Source: Sminthopsis crassicaudata (Eukaryota). From it: a DNA stretch of 64,000 nt. Position 1 is the stretch's first letter. The number at the start of each line of letters is the position of its first letter. The stretch spans positions 478,523,294 to 478,587,293 of the forward strand of contig NC_133618.1 in the NCBI RefSeq assembly GCF_048593235.1, given 5' to 3'. Shown piece after piece: positions 14,229 to 24,439 of this stretch. The notes beneath the pieces are model-generated. The model saw only the letters and a program-made list of their open reading frames with translations. It was not told where the DNA came from and did no database searches. A program made the position numbers and the translations under genes.

Positions 14229-15499
14229 GCCCATTTCAGAAAAAGAAATAGAACGAGCTATTAACCAACTTCCTAAGAAAAAGTCCCCAGGACCAGATGG
14301 ATTTACATGTGAATTCTACCAAACATTTAAAGAACAGCTAACTCTAATGCTATGTAAACTATTTGAAAAAATAGGGATTGAAGGAGTCCTACCAAATTCC
14401 TTCTATGACACAGACATGGTACTGATACCTAAACCAGGTAGATCGAAAACTGAGAAAGAAAACTATAGACCAATTTCCTTAATGAATATTGATGCTAAAA
14501 CCTTAAATAAGATATTAGCAAATAGACTTCAGAAAATCATCCCCAGGATAATACACTATGACCAAGTGGGATTTATACCAGGAATGCAGGGCTGGTTTAA
14601 TATTAGGAAAACTATTAGTATAATTTACCATATTAATGATCAAATTAATAAAAACCATATGATCATCTCAATAGATGCAGAAAAAGCATTTGATAAAACC
14701 CAACATCCATTCTTACTAAAAACACTTGAGAGTATAGGAATAAATGGACTGTTCCTTAAAATAATAAGGAACATATATTTAAAACCTTCAGTAAACATCA
14801 TATGTAATGGCAATAAACTAGAACCTTTCCCTGTAAGATCAGGAGTGAAACAAGGTTGCCCACTATCACCATTACTATTCAATATAGTACTAGAAACTCT
14901 AGCCTTGGCAATAAGAGCCGAGAAAGAGATTCAAGGAATTAGAGTAGGAAATGAGGAAATCAGATTATCACTTTTCACAGATGACATGATGGTATACTTA
15001 GAGAACCCCAAAGACTCTGCTAAAAAGCTATTAGAAATAATTCAGAATTTTAGCAAAGTTGCAGGATACAAAATAAATCCACATAAATCCTCAGCATTTT
15101 TATACATTACCAGCACAATCCAACAGCAAGAGATACAAAGAGAAATTCCATTCAAAATAATGATCGATAGTATAAAATATTTGGGAATATATCTACCAAA
15201 GGAGAGTCAGGAATTATATGTGCAAAATTACAAAACACTTGCCACAAAAATAAAGTCAGATTTAAATAATTGGAAAGGAATTCAGTGCTCTTGGATAGAC
15301 CGAGTGAATATAATTAAGATGACAATACTCCCTAAACTAATTCTATTTATTTAGTGCTATACCAATCAGACTGCCAAGAAACTATTTTAATAACCTAGAA
15401 AAAATAACAACAGAATTCATATGGAACAACAAAAGGTCAAGAATTTCAAGGGAAGTAATGGGAAAAAAAAATAAGTGAAGGTGGTCTAGCTGTACCTGA
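14229..15499 (+). pseudogene. L1 ORF2 reverse transcriptase segment (frameshift near 15345)
   Basis: ORF track 14101..15354; L1-like coding continues in another frame (AIPIRLPRNYF). Confidence 0.9.
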
Positions 15500-15796
15500 A
15501 GGATCAGGACTAACTTTCTTAACACAATGACAGTCTGCTTTTTAAAATTCAGATTTTCAGTTAAGTAAATCTAGAAGTAGATCTTTTCTGCTATCATTAT
15601 TAACATTAATATTATTAAAACTAACTAGGAATAGCTGGATGGCACAGTAGACAGAGCACCAGCCCTGGGGTCAGAAGGACCCGAGTTAAAAAACAAACAT
15701 TTGGAAAAAAAAATTAAATGAAGGTGGTCTAGCTGTACCTGATTTAGAACTATATTATAAAGCAACAAATACCAAAACCATTTGGTATTGGCTAAG

Positions 15797-16360
15797 TGTA
15801 ACGTGCTCTCCTGGCAGTTACAATTACTAGTCTGTCCTAGACCCACCAGAGTACCTTTGACCACTGTCCTTTGCAGTGTGAGCTCTACCCGGCTCGCCTC
15901 CTCTGAGGCCTTCTAAGGTCTCTGGTCACAATCTCTTGAATCTATAGCTTAGTAACCGGTAGCGCACTCAAGAACAGCCACGTGTAATCTTAAAAGCCTT
16001 TATTATACCTACTCACATAATGCCCTAGCTGATGCCCTGACTTGTTGGTTCCCGAGTGAACACCTGGTCAGAAGACCCATGTGTTCACTACCAAAATCCT
16101 TACCTCTTTCGGCTACCCATCTTGGCTTGGCCACCCAGGCTGGTGAGCCAGGGTGAACAGCACGAGGTTAAAGAGGGCGGTTGCTGCCTGCAGTGGGCTT
16201 ACATAGGGCCTGTGAGGTCACACACACAGCCAATCAGCGAGAGAGTCACCCATTACGAAACTATCTCAATATGGCCAGGATCCCGCCCAAGGGCAGTCCT
16301 AATACTTCTGGGCCTCAATCTCCCGATGCACTGTGTCCGCCCATTTAAAGGGCCCTTACA
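15797..16360 (-). mobile_element. 3' LTR (564 bp, identical to the 5' LTR by eye)
   Basis: Preceded on the minus strand by the polypurine tract; AATAAA at 16004-15999. Confidence 0.95.
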
Positions 16361-16378
16361 ATTCCCTTTCTCTTGTTT
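16361..16378 (-). other. Polypurine tract (AAACAAGAGAAAGGGAAT)
   Basis: Purine run abutting the TG of the 3' LTR. Confidence 0.85.
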
Positions 16379-16697
16379 TGCGGGAACCGCACATCTCATC
16401 AAGCTAAACTTTTAGCACCAGCTATAGTTCACTTGATCCATGAGATGACAGAGTGTTATGCCCAAGGAGGTACAAAGCAGCAGATCAGTAAACAGAAGTA
16501 TGACAATGAGAACCAGGCTCAACAGTGGCCCAAGTGTTCAACCCATTCATCAAAGTCATACTCGAGATAAGCCAAAGAGGTTGGATGCCAATGAGGTAGG
16601 ATGTCAACACTGAGGTGGGAAGTCAACAAGGTAAAACATCACAATTCTAGTTAGCAAATATCAGTAGGTAGGTTGTCACAATTCTAGTTACATTTAT

Positions 16698-17113
16698 CAC
16701 AGTTCTAGACCAATTCTAGTTTCTTACAATTTTCTGTTGCACTTTTCACACTCCTAGAACAATTCTAGCTTATCACAATTCTCAATTGCACTTGTCACAA
16801 TTCTAGAACAATTCTAGCTTATCACAATTCTCTATTGCACTTTTCACAATTCTAGAACAATTCTAGCTTATCACAATTCTCAATTGCATTTGTCACAATC
16901 CTAGAACAATTCTAGTTTATCACAATTCTCAATTGCATTTGTCACAATCCTAGAACAATTCTAGTTTATCACAATTCTCAATTGCACTTTTTCACAATTC
17001 TAGAACAATTCTAGCTTATCACAATTCTCTATTGCACTTTTCACAATCCTAGAACAATTCTAGCTTATCACAATTCTCTATTGCACTTTTCACAATTCTA
17101 GAACAATTCTAGT
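16698..17113. repeat. 49-bp minisatellite, about 8 units (tcacaattctagaacaattctagcttatcacaattctctattgcacttt), inside the LTR element
   Basis: ttctagaaca recurs at 16801 and 16850 and onward at about 49-bp spacing; the unit is built from acaattct sub-repeats. Confidence 0.95.
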
Positions 17114-17323
17114 TTCACAGGTGCACATAAGCAAAGTCATGTCCAGTAACATTGTCTCAATAACAATGGCAGGTGGGTGTGTTGGTTTTTCACCCACTAA
17201 TTTAAAAGCATAGTCCTTCAATAGAAAGCATAGGGCAAAGCCTCTTCCCAGGCCACCATATGGCAAGTGGCCACGGGAGAAGCAAGCAGGCCCATTGTCC
17301 ATTTACAGTCTTTATATTGCGTA

Positions 17324-17600
17324 TCACCCAAAACAGTCCATTTCAGCTGCAACATTGGAACTGTGTCTGGTGTCTCTGGTGTCACGGTCAGGAGGGGCAT
17401 CGCTGCCATCAGCGTCTGAAGGGCTGCGGACATCTGGCTGGTCTCTCTGGACTGTTGCCTGGTCCTTCTCTTGGATCCCCAGGTTACAAATGTCTCTGGT
17501 GGGGATGAACTCTGCTGCTGGATCTGCACCTAGGAAGGAATGTCCCCGGGGCCCAACTTGGGCCTTTCCAAATGCCATCCAGGCCTTTCCACATCACAGT
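17324..17600 (-). pseudogene. Degenerate betaretroviral integrase C-terminal remnant, possibly overlapping an env leader remnant
   Basis: VMWKGLDGIWKGP, then after a frameshift GPRGHSF...FIPTRDI; resembles the WKDP..WKGP..WGRG..WIPTRH tail of ERVK integrases. Confidence 0.5.
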
Positions 17601-17700
17601 GGAAACAAAGTTGTTGTCAAAAAGATTAACAAGTCAGACAAAAGTCAGTCTGTCACTTAGCTGCACTTTCTGTGTATGCCCGAAGTGCATTGCTAAGGTA

Positions 17701-17868
17701 AAATGCAAAGAATTTAAAAATGTAAAACCAAAATAATTTAAAAGTGTAAAACCGAAATAGATTAAAAATGTAAAACCAAAATAACTTTAAAATGTAAAAT
17801 CAAAATACTTTGAAGATGTAAAATCAAAAATGTTTTAAAATGTAAAATCAAAATTTAAAAATTGTAAG
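17701..17868. repeat. 24-bp AT-rich minisatellite, 6-7 units, inside the LTR element
   Basis: tgtaaaa at 17721, 17745, 17769, 17793, 17817 and 17841. Confidence 0.92.
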
Positions 17869-18033
17869 CAATCACATATCCCAAAATTCCCTTCTCTTGT
17901 TTAGAAGAGAAGATCTTGGGGATAGTCTGTGCAGTAATGACTTTACTAGAACACTCGGCTATATCCCTGAATTTTTTTGCCTAAAAATCAAAGTTTGAAT
18001 TTCTGATACCGAATTGTACTCCAGGAGTGTGAA

Positions 18034-19059
18034 TCAATAAATCTGATATTTTCCTCCTGGGTCAAAGATCACACACTGTCTATTTATTCTAGTGATTAAA
18101 ACAGCAATTTTCCAACCCATTCTAGGCATAAACACTGTTTTATAAGTACCCGTAGGGGGTTGGGAAATCAAGCTCACCTGTGGAAGTGGAAAATCCACGA
18201 GGTAAGAAAAGAGGAGTTTCAACTCTCCAAAGACGATCCTAGCAGTTTTACAAGTATAAAACTCCACTCTCTCTAACTGCAAGGTCTTATCCCTGTAAGA
18301 TTTCTTAGAAATTAACTGAACTGTATTTTTAAAACTTTTCTGATTATACTCAATACCCCACAATTCCTTTTTGCCTTGGGCCATAAAGACCACTCCTGTC
18401 CTTTGAGATGAAGACACAGGAGTTTTGAATGGATTAATGAGCAGTGCTGATGGTATTATCGCCCTTCCTTTTCCTCCTCCCCCTTCTCCCTTGGCCCAAG
18501 AAGGTGAGGCAGAGGGAAGAAGAATTGGAAAATCCCCCAAAGGCTGATTCAAAATCAAACCTGAGCTTTGCACATAAAAAGAACTAAACTTCTTCTCAAT
18601 GAAAGAGTAATCAATAAATTCCTTAAAACAACAATGCAGGAGGTAAACCAACAAAATGCTAAGAAGAATTTCTACAACTGAAGTCCATGTGGTTCCTTTA
18701 TTTCCTTCCTTAGTTTCAGCCACTGGTTTGAACTCTTCCTGTTCTATCTGTAGTAACCTAGCTTTTTCTTCTTTCTCTATCTCAATCTGTAGTTTAACCT
18801 GCAATTCCAGCAACTCTTGCTGTGGCATTTTATACTCTCTACTGTCATACAATCGCATTAGCTCTAGGTTGCTCCCTCTCCGAGCTGTATCTAATAGGTG
18901 TGGGGATAGCCTTCTGGGAGCCTGATTACAAGCTTCCTGCTGTTCTTCAGTGGTGATCTTTGTTAAAAGATCTTCCATCTGGCTCTTTAACCTCTTTATA
19001 TAATAAGCATTATGTTCAGCTGTGTCCTTGAGTCTGATCCCAGATTTACCTGGGTCCAT
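18034..19059 (-). CDS. Orphan 341-aa ORF of the LTR element (coiled-coil N-terminus, one predicted TM helix at about aa 125-145, unknown C-terminal domain)
   Basis: ATG in strong Kozak context (gcaatATGG) about 100 nt after the PBS; no internal stops over 1026 nt; no Gag, protease, RT or Env motifs recognised. Confidence 0.7.
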   Translation of the reverse strand: MDPGKSGIRLKDTAEHNAYYIKRLKSQMEDLLTKITTEEQQEACNQAPRRLSPHLLDTARRGSNLELMRLYDSREYKMPQQELLELQVKLQIEIEKEEKARLLQIEQEEFKPVAETKEGNKGTTWTSVVEILLSILLVYLLHCCFKEFIDYSFIEKKFSSFYVQSSGLILNQPLGDFPILLPSASPSWAKGEGGGGKGRAIIPSALLINPFKTPVSSSQRTGVVFMAQGKKELWGIEYNQKSFKNTVQLISKKSYRDKTLQLERVEFYTCKTARIVFGELKLLFSYLVDFPLPQVSLISQPPTGTYKTVFMPRMGWKIAVLITRINRQCVIFDPGGKYQIY

Positions 19060-19162
19060 ATTGCTTCTCTGTCTTCCCTCTTAAGTGGCGTTTCTACCGG
19101 ATCTTTCAGAATCTTAATTCTGAATATTAAATATTTTCAAAACCTGATAATTCCTTATGTGT

Positions 19163-19180
19163 CCACCACGTTGGGCGCCA
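19163..19180 (-). other. Primer binding site, tRNA-Lys1,2 type (TGGCGCCCAACGTGG...)
   Basis: Begins 2 nt after the 5' LTR; the first 15 nt match the TGGCGCCCAACGTGGGGC Lys1,2 PBS. Confidence 0.9.
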
Positions 19181-19182
19181 TT

Positions 19183-19746
19183 TGTAACGTGCTCTCCTGG
19201 CAGTTACAATTACTAGTCTGTCCTAGACCCACCAGAGTACCTTTGACCACTGTCCTTTGCAGTGTGAGCTCTACCCGGCTCGCCTCCTCTGAGGCCTTCT
19301 AAGGTCTCTGGTCACAATCTCTTGAATCTATAGCTTAGTAACCGGTAGCGCACTCAAGAACAGCCACGTGTAATCTTAAAAGCCTTTATTATACCTACTC
19401 ACATAATGCCCTAGCTGATGCCCTGACTTGTTGGTTCCCGAGTGAACACCTGGTCAGAAGACCCATGTGTTCACTACCAAAATCCTTACCTCTTTCGGCT
19501 ACCCATCTTGGCTTGGCCACCCAGGCTGGTGAGCCAGGGTGAACAGCACGAGGTTAAAGAGGGCGGTTGCTGCCTGCAGTGGGCTTACATAGGGCCTGTG
19601 AGGTCACACACACAGCCAATCAGCGAGAGAGTCACCCATTACGAAACTATCTCAATATGGCCAGGATCCCGCCCAAGGGCAGTCCTAATACTTCTGGGCC
19701 TCAATCTCCCGATGCACTGTGTCCGCCCATTTAAAGGGCCCTTACA
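19183..19746 (-). mobile_element. 5' LTR (564 bp)
   Basis: Followed on the minus strand by the PBS; has CCAAT and GC boxes, and AATAAA at 19390-19385. Confidence 0.95.
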
Positions 19747-19752
19747 GCTAAG

Positions 19753-20910
19753 AAATAGACTAGTTGATCAGTGGCTTAGGTTAGGTTCACAGGGCAAGAT
19801 AGTGAATAAAAATAGCAATCTAGTGTTTGACAAACCCAAAGATCCCAAATTTTGGGATAAGAATTCATTATTTGACAAAAACTGCTGGGAAAACTGGAAA
19901 TTAATATGGCAGAAACTAGCCATGGACCCACATTTAACACCACATACTAAGATTAGATCAAAATGGGTCCAAGATTTAGGCATAAAGAATGAAATCATAA
20001 ATAAATTGGAGGAACATGGGATGGTTTACCTCTCAGACTTGTGGAGGAGGAAGGAGTTTGTGTCCAAGGGAGAACTAGAGACCATTATTGATCACAAAAT
20101 AGAAAATTTTGATTACACCAAATTAAAAAGTTTCTGCACAAACAAAACTAATGCAAACAAGATTAGAAGGGAAGTAATAAATTGGGAAAACATTTTTACA
20201 GTTAAAGGTTCTGATAAAGGCTTCATCTCCAAAATATACAGAGAATTGACTTTAATTTATAAGAAATCAAGCCATTCTCCATTTGATAAATGGTCAAAGG
20301 ATATGAACAGACAATTTTCAGATGATGAAATTAAAACTATTTCCACTCATATGAAAGAGTGTTCCAAATCACTATTGATCAGAGAAATGCAAATTGAGAC
20401 AACTCTGAGATACCACTACACACCTGTCAGATTGGCTAAGATGACAGGAACAAATAACGATGAATGTTGGAGGGGCTGTGGGAAAACTGGGACACTGATG
20501 CATTGTTGGTGGAGTTGTGAAAGAATCCAACCATTCTGGAGCGCAATCTGGAATTATGCCCCAAAAGTTATCAAAATGTGCATACCCTTTGACCCAGCCA
20601 TACTACTACTGGGCTTATATCCCAAGGAAATACTAAAGAGCGGAAAGGAATCTGTATGTGCCAAAATGTTTGTGGCAGCCCTTTTCATAGTGGCTAGAAG
20701 CTGGAAGATGAATGGATGTCCATCAATTGGAGAATGGTTGGGTAAATTATGATATATGAATGTTATGGAATATTATTGTTCTGTAAGAAATGACCAACAG
20801 GAGGAATACAGAGAAGCTTGGAGAGACTTACATCAACTGATGCTAAGTGAAACGAGCAGAACCAGAAGATCATTATACACTTCAACAATGATATTGTACG
20901 AGGATGTATG
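19753..20910 (+). pseudogene. L1 ORF2 C-terminal segment (premature TGA at 20750-20752)
   Basis: NRLVDQW...KNCWENW...CWRGCG...HCWW...CPSIGEWLGKL*YMNVMEYY. Confidence 0.9.
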
Positions 20911-22086
20911 CTGATGGAAGTGGTTATCTTCAACATAGAGAAGAGCTAATCCAATTCCAATTGATCAATGATGGACAGAATCAGCTACATCCAGAAAAGG
21001 AACACTGGGAAATGAGTGTAAACTGTTATTTTTACCTTCTGAATCCAATTCTTCCTGTGCAACAAGAAATTCAGTTCTACACACATATATTGTATCTAGA
21101 ATATATTATAATATATTTAACATGTATAAGACTGCCTGCCATCTGGGGGAGGGGGTTGGGGGAGGAAGGGAAAAAATCTGAACAGAAGTAAGTGCAAGGG
21201 ATAATGTTGTAAAAAATTACCCATGTATATGTACTGTCAAAAAAAAAGTTATAATTATAAAATAAAATAAAAAAAATAAAAGAATATGAATAGGCAGTTT
21301 AAAAAAAATCAAAGCAATCAATAGTCTTATGAAAAAGTGTTCCAAATTAGTAATAATTAGAAAAATGCAACAACAATAAAAAAAACCTCACCTCTGAAGT
21401 ACTTTCTCACACCATTGGATTAACGAAAATGACCAAAAAAAAAAAAAAAAAAAAAAAAAAAGGAAAATTACAGATGCTAAAGAGATATGGGAAAACAGGT
21501 ACATGAATATATTGTAGGTGGAGCTATGAAGTAATCCAACCATTCTGAAAAGCACTTTTGAACTATGCCTAAATAGACCATAGACATCTACTCCAAGTAT
21601 AAAAGATCCTTCTGTCTTAGCCTCTCCCTTTATATTTTCAAATATAAAGCTTTGAAGTTTAAAAAGCCAATACAAACTGTATAGCCTTTTATCTAGCAAT
21701 ATTGCTCTTAGGGCTATACCCCATAGATAACAAAGAAAGAGGAAAAGGACTTATCTGCACAAAAATATTCATAGTGGCTTTTGATGGGATGGTGACACAG
21801 AATTCGAAAGTGAGAAGATGTCCATCTATTGGGGAATGAATGAATAAATTATGATATATAAATATGATAGAATACTATTGTACTGTAAGAAATGATGAAG
21901 GGGATGCTTTCATTAAAAGGCTTGTACAAATATTAGTTTATAGAGGAAAATAAACAGAACCAAAAAAAACCCAAACAAACCCATACACAATAACATTATA
22001 AAATAATCAGCTCTTCAAAACCTAGTAACTCTGATCCACACAATAACCCACCACAACTCCAAACAACTCATGGTAAAAGACTTTGC

Positions 22087-22675
22087 AGAAGAATGTTTGT
22101 GGCAACCTTCTTTATAGTGGCCAGAAACTGGAAACTAAGTGGATGTCCATCAGTGGGAGAATGGCTGAATAAATTGTGGTATATAAATATTATGGAATAT
22201 TATTGTTCTGTAAGAAATGACCAGCAAGGATGATTTCAGAAAGGCCTGGAGAGACTTACATGAACTGATGCTGAGTGAAATGAGCAGGACCAGGAGATCA
22301 TTATATACTTCAATAACAATATTATATGATAATCAATTCTGATGGACGCGGCCCTCTTCAACAATGAGATGAACGAAATCAGTTCCAATAGAGCAGTGAT
22401 GAATTGAACCAGCTACACCTAATGAAAGAATTCTGGGAGATGACTATGAACCACTACATAGAATTCCCAATCCCTCTATTTTTGTCCGCCTATAACATAT
22501 ATGTCAACATATTTAACATGTATGGGACTACCTGCTATCTGGGGAAGGGGGTGGAAAGAAGGAAGGGAAAAATTAGAACAAAAGGCTTTGCAATTGTCAA
22601 TGCTGAAAAAATTATCCATGCATATATTTTGTAAGTAAAAAGCTATAATAATTAAAAAAAAAAAAAAAAAAAAAA
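22087..22675 (+). mobile_element. 5'-truncated L1 3' fragment with poly(A), nested in the older L1
   Basis: MFVATFFIVARNWKLSGCPSVGEWLNKLWY, then 3'UTR and a long A tail; short actttg duplication at the flanks. Confidence 0.8.
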
Positions 22676-23499
22676 CTTTGGCAAAGACTGAGGGAATCAG
22701 AGTACAGATTGAAGTACATTTTTTTCCTTATTTTATGTTGTCCTGTCCCCCACTTTGGCTCATTAGAATTTTGATTTGCATGAATATGCATATTTGTAAT
22801 AGATATTGTTTTTTCTTACCTTCTCATTGAGTGGGGAAGGGCGAAGGAGACCGGGAAAGATTGTGGACTTGAAAAAAATTTTGTTTAGGTCTTTGTGCTT
22901 AAAAAAAAAAAAAAAATCACAAAAACAGAAACAAAAAAAAATCGGCATTCCTAGAATGAAATATTATACAAATTAAATTATATATTTGCAATAAAATATT
23001 ACTCAAGGAAAGTATTTTTGCTACTGTGAACTATTATTTTAAATGAATAAACCTAATAAAAGTAAAATCCAATAATACAAGTAGTTCTATAGGGGATGGA
23101 TGTGTTCTGAGTCATCTGGAGCTAGTTGCAAAAATTCATTCACTTTGCCTTCAGCATGCAGTCAACCAGGTGTTGTCCCACAAAAATGTCGACATTTTCC
23201 AATTAATTTTAAATATAAAGCTTTGAAGTTTTTTTTTTTTTTTTCCCCAGTTTCTAACTTTGGATAATGCCAAGGATAAATTTATCCCCCTTAACTATTT
23301 TGTTGACAAATCACTTACTGACCAATACATACTCCATAATAATTGAACATTTTTTAGTTTAAATACAACTTAAAGCTGCCTGGGAAGGGAACTGAGTGTT
23401 TCCCACCACAATCTTTAAGCAAAGTTTAAATGACCATCTGCTGAGGATATTATAGAGGAAATTCTTCTTCCTCTTCCTCTTCCTTCTTCTTTTTCTTCC

Positions 23500-23607
23500 T
23501 TTTTTTTGCTGAGGTAATCGTGTTAAGTGTCTAAGACCAGATTTAAACTCAGGTCTTCCTGACTTCAGGGCTGGTTGCTCTATCCACTACACCAACTAGC
23601 TGCCCCA
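23500..23607 (-). mobile_element. WSINE1-type SINE with an internal deletion
   Basis: ...ctctatccactacaccaactagctgcccc, the reverse complement of the SINE head. Confidence 0.75.
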
Positions 23608-24439
23608 ATAGAGGAAATTCTTGATCAGGTGCTGGTTAGAGTATATGACTTCAAGATCCTTTGATTTTGTACAATTTGTACATGCATCAATATTCCCCCC
23701 CCCAAAAAATGATTTCATAACCACTCTACTATATTGATTGTAATTCCTCGATACCCTCACTGATCTTAATTAGTGGTTTCATGAATATGGCCAGTATTTT
23801 GGTGAAGAGATTACTTGTGCTTAGCTAGGTTGATCTGTATATGAAAGTTCATCCTGGCACCCATATTCAGTGTTTCCCAGATTGCTGGGAACTGTTGCAG
23901 TTTATGCTACACTAGTATAGCTTTTAAGACTAGTGGAGGAATGATCTTGAATTCTCTACTTCTGGATATGGTGTCCTACTATAGGACAGGTTCATCCCTT
24001 AGCTCAATATTGAAATCTATATCACTCATCTAGCACTACTTAAATGCCCTGGAGACGTGGTTTACTAGTAGTTAGCCAAATACTTCAGTTCTTTTTTTAA
24101 TCCATCAAAAGGATCTGAACCTCATAAAGAGATCCCCAAACTCTAGTTTGCATACATAAAACTCCACCTTTCTGTTAATTGATTCACCAGAGACTCTAAA
24201 TCTTTCAGTGATTACATTATTTGAGGTGAGGTTGAAATTTTATACCCTTGCATTTCTTTATGTAAAAAAGTAGAGTTAGCTACTGCTGCACAAGCACCAA
24301 GTTCTGTAGTTGACCAACAATTTTATTTCACCTATACAAGATATATTACCAAACCCTATGATGTATTCAAGTGTTTGCAATATAAGGTCTAGCTTAGCTA
24401 ATTTTATCACCAGAGGGTTAGCCATTCAGTGAACTTTAG

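Larger units (their letters stand above)
15797..19746 (-). mobile_element. Young non-autonomous ERVK/betaretrovirus-like LTR element (3950 bp) inserted antisense into L1 ORF2
   Basis: Two 564-bp LTRs (TGTAA...TTACA); 6-bp TSD GCTAAG at 15791-15796 and 19747-19752; tRNA-Lys PBS and PPT on the minus strand. L1 ORF2 (YWLRNR) reads through once the element is removed. Confidence 0.95.
14229..21275 (+). mobile_element. Young 5'-truncated LINE-1 (ORF2 RT and C-terminal domain, 3'UTR, A-rich tail), interrupted by the LTR element
   Basis: RT motifs ([28 protein letters not shown]), a Cys-rich C-terminus (HCWWSC) and an A-rich tail. TSD ataaaagaatatg at 14216-14228 and 21276-21288. Confidence 0.93.
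13990..23070 (+). mobile_element. Older L1 3' portion, host of the nested insertions (pieces about 13990-14228, 21289-22080, 22676-23070)
   Basis: Degenerate ORF2 text FDYMKLK...PIVK|KNMNRQF rejoins across the young L1 TSD; decayed 3'UTR and tail follow. Outer boundaries approximate. Confidence 0.75.

Noticed and set aside
14101-15354. 417-aa RT ORF as a single gene
   Set aside because: A chimera of an old L1 fragment (to 14228) and the 5'-truncated young L1; not an intact ORF2.
16698-17113. Regular repeat array as a possible CRISPR-like locus
   Set aside because: Head-to-tail units without unique spacers, inside a eukaryotic LTR element; it is a minisatellite.
19070-19095. ccctcttaagtggcgtttc in the ERV leader resembles CCNE1 exon 9 (gcccttaaatggcgtttaag)
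   Set aside because: A short match on the opposite relative strand with no flanking homology; consistent with chance.
19442-20752. 436-aa ORF fusing antisense LTR sequence to the L1 ORF2 C-terminus
   Set aside because: A chance in-frame junction created by the insertion. It has a GTG start, the same LTR frame in the other LTR ends quickly, and there is no evidence of expression.
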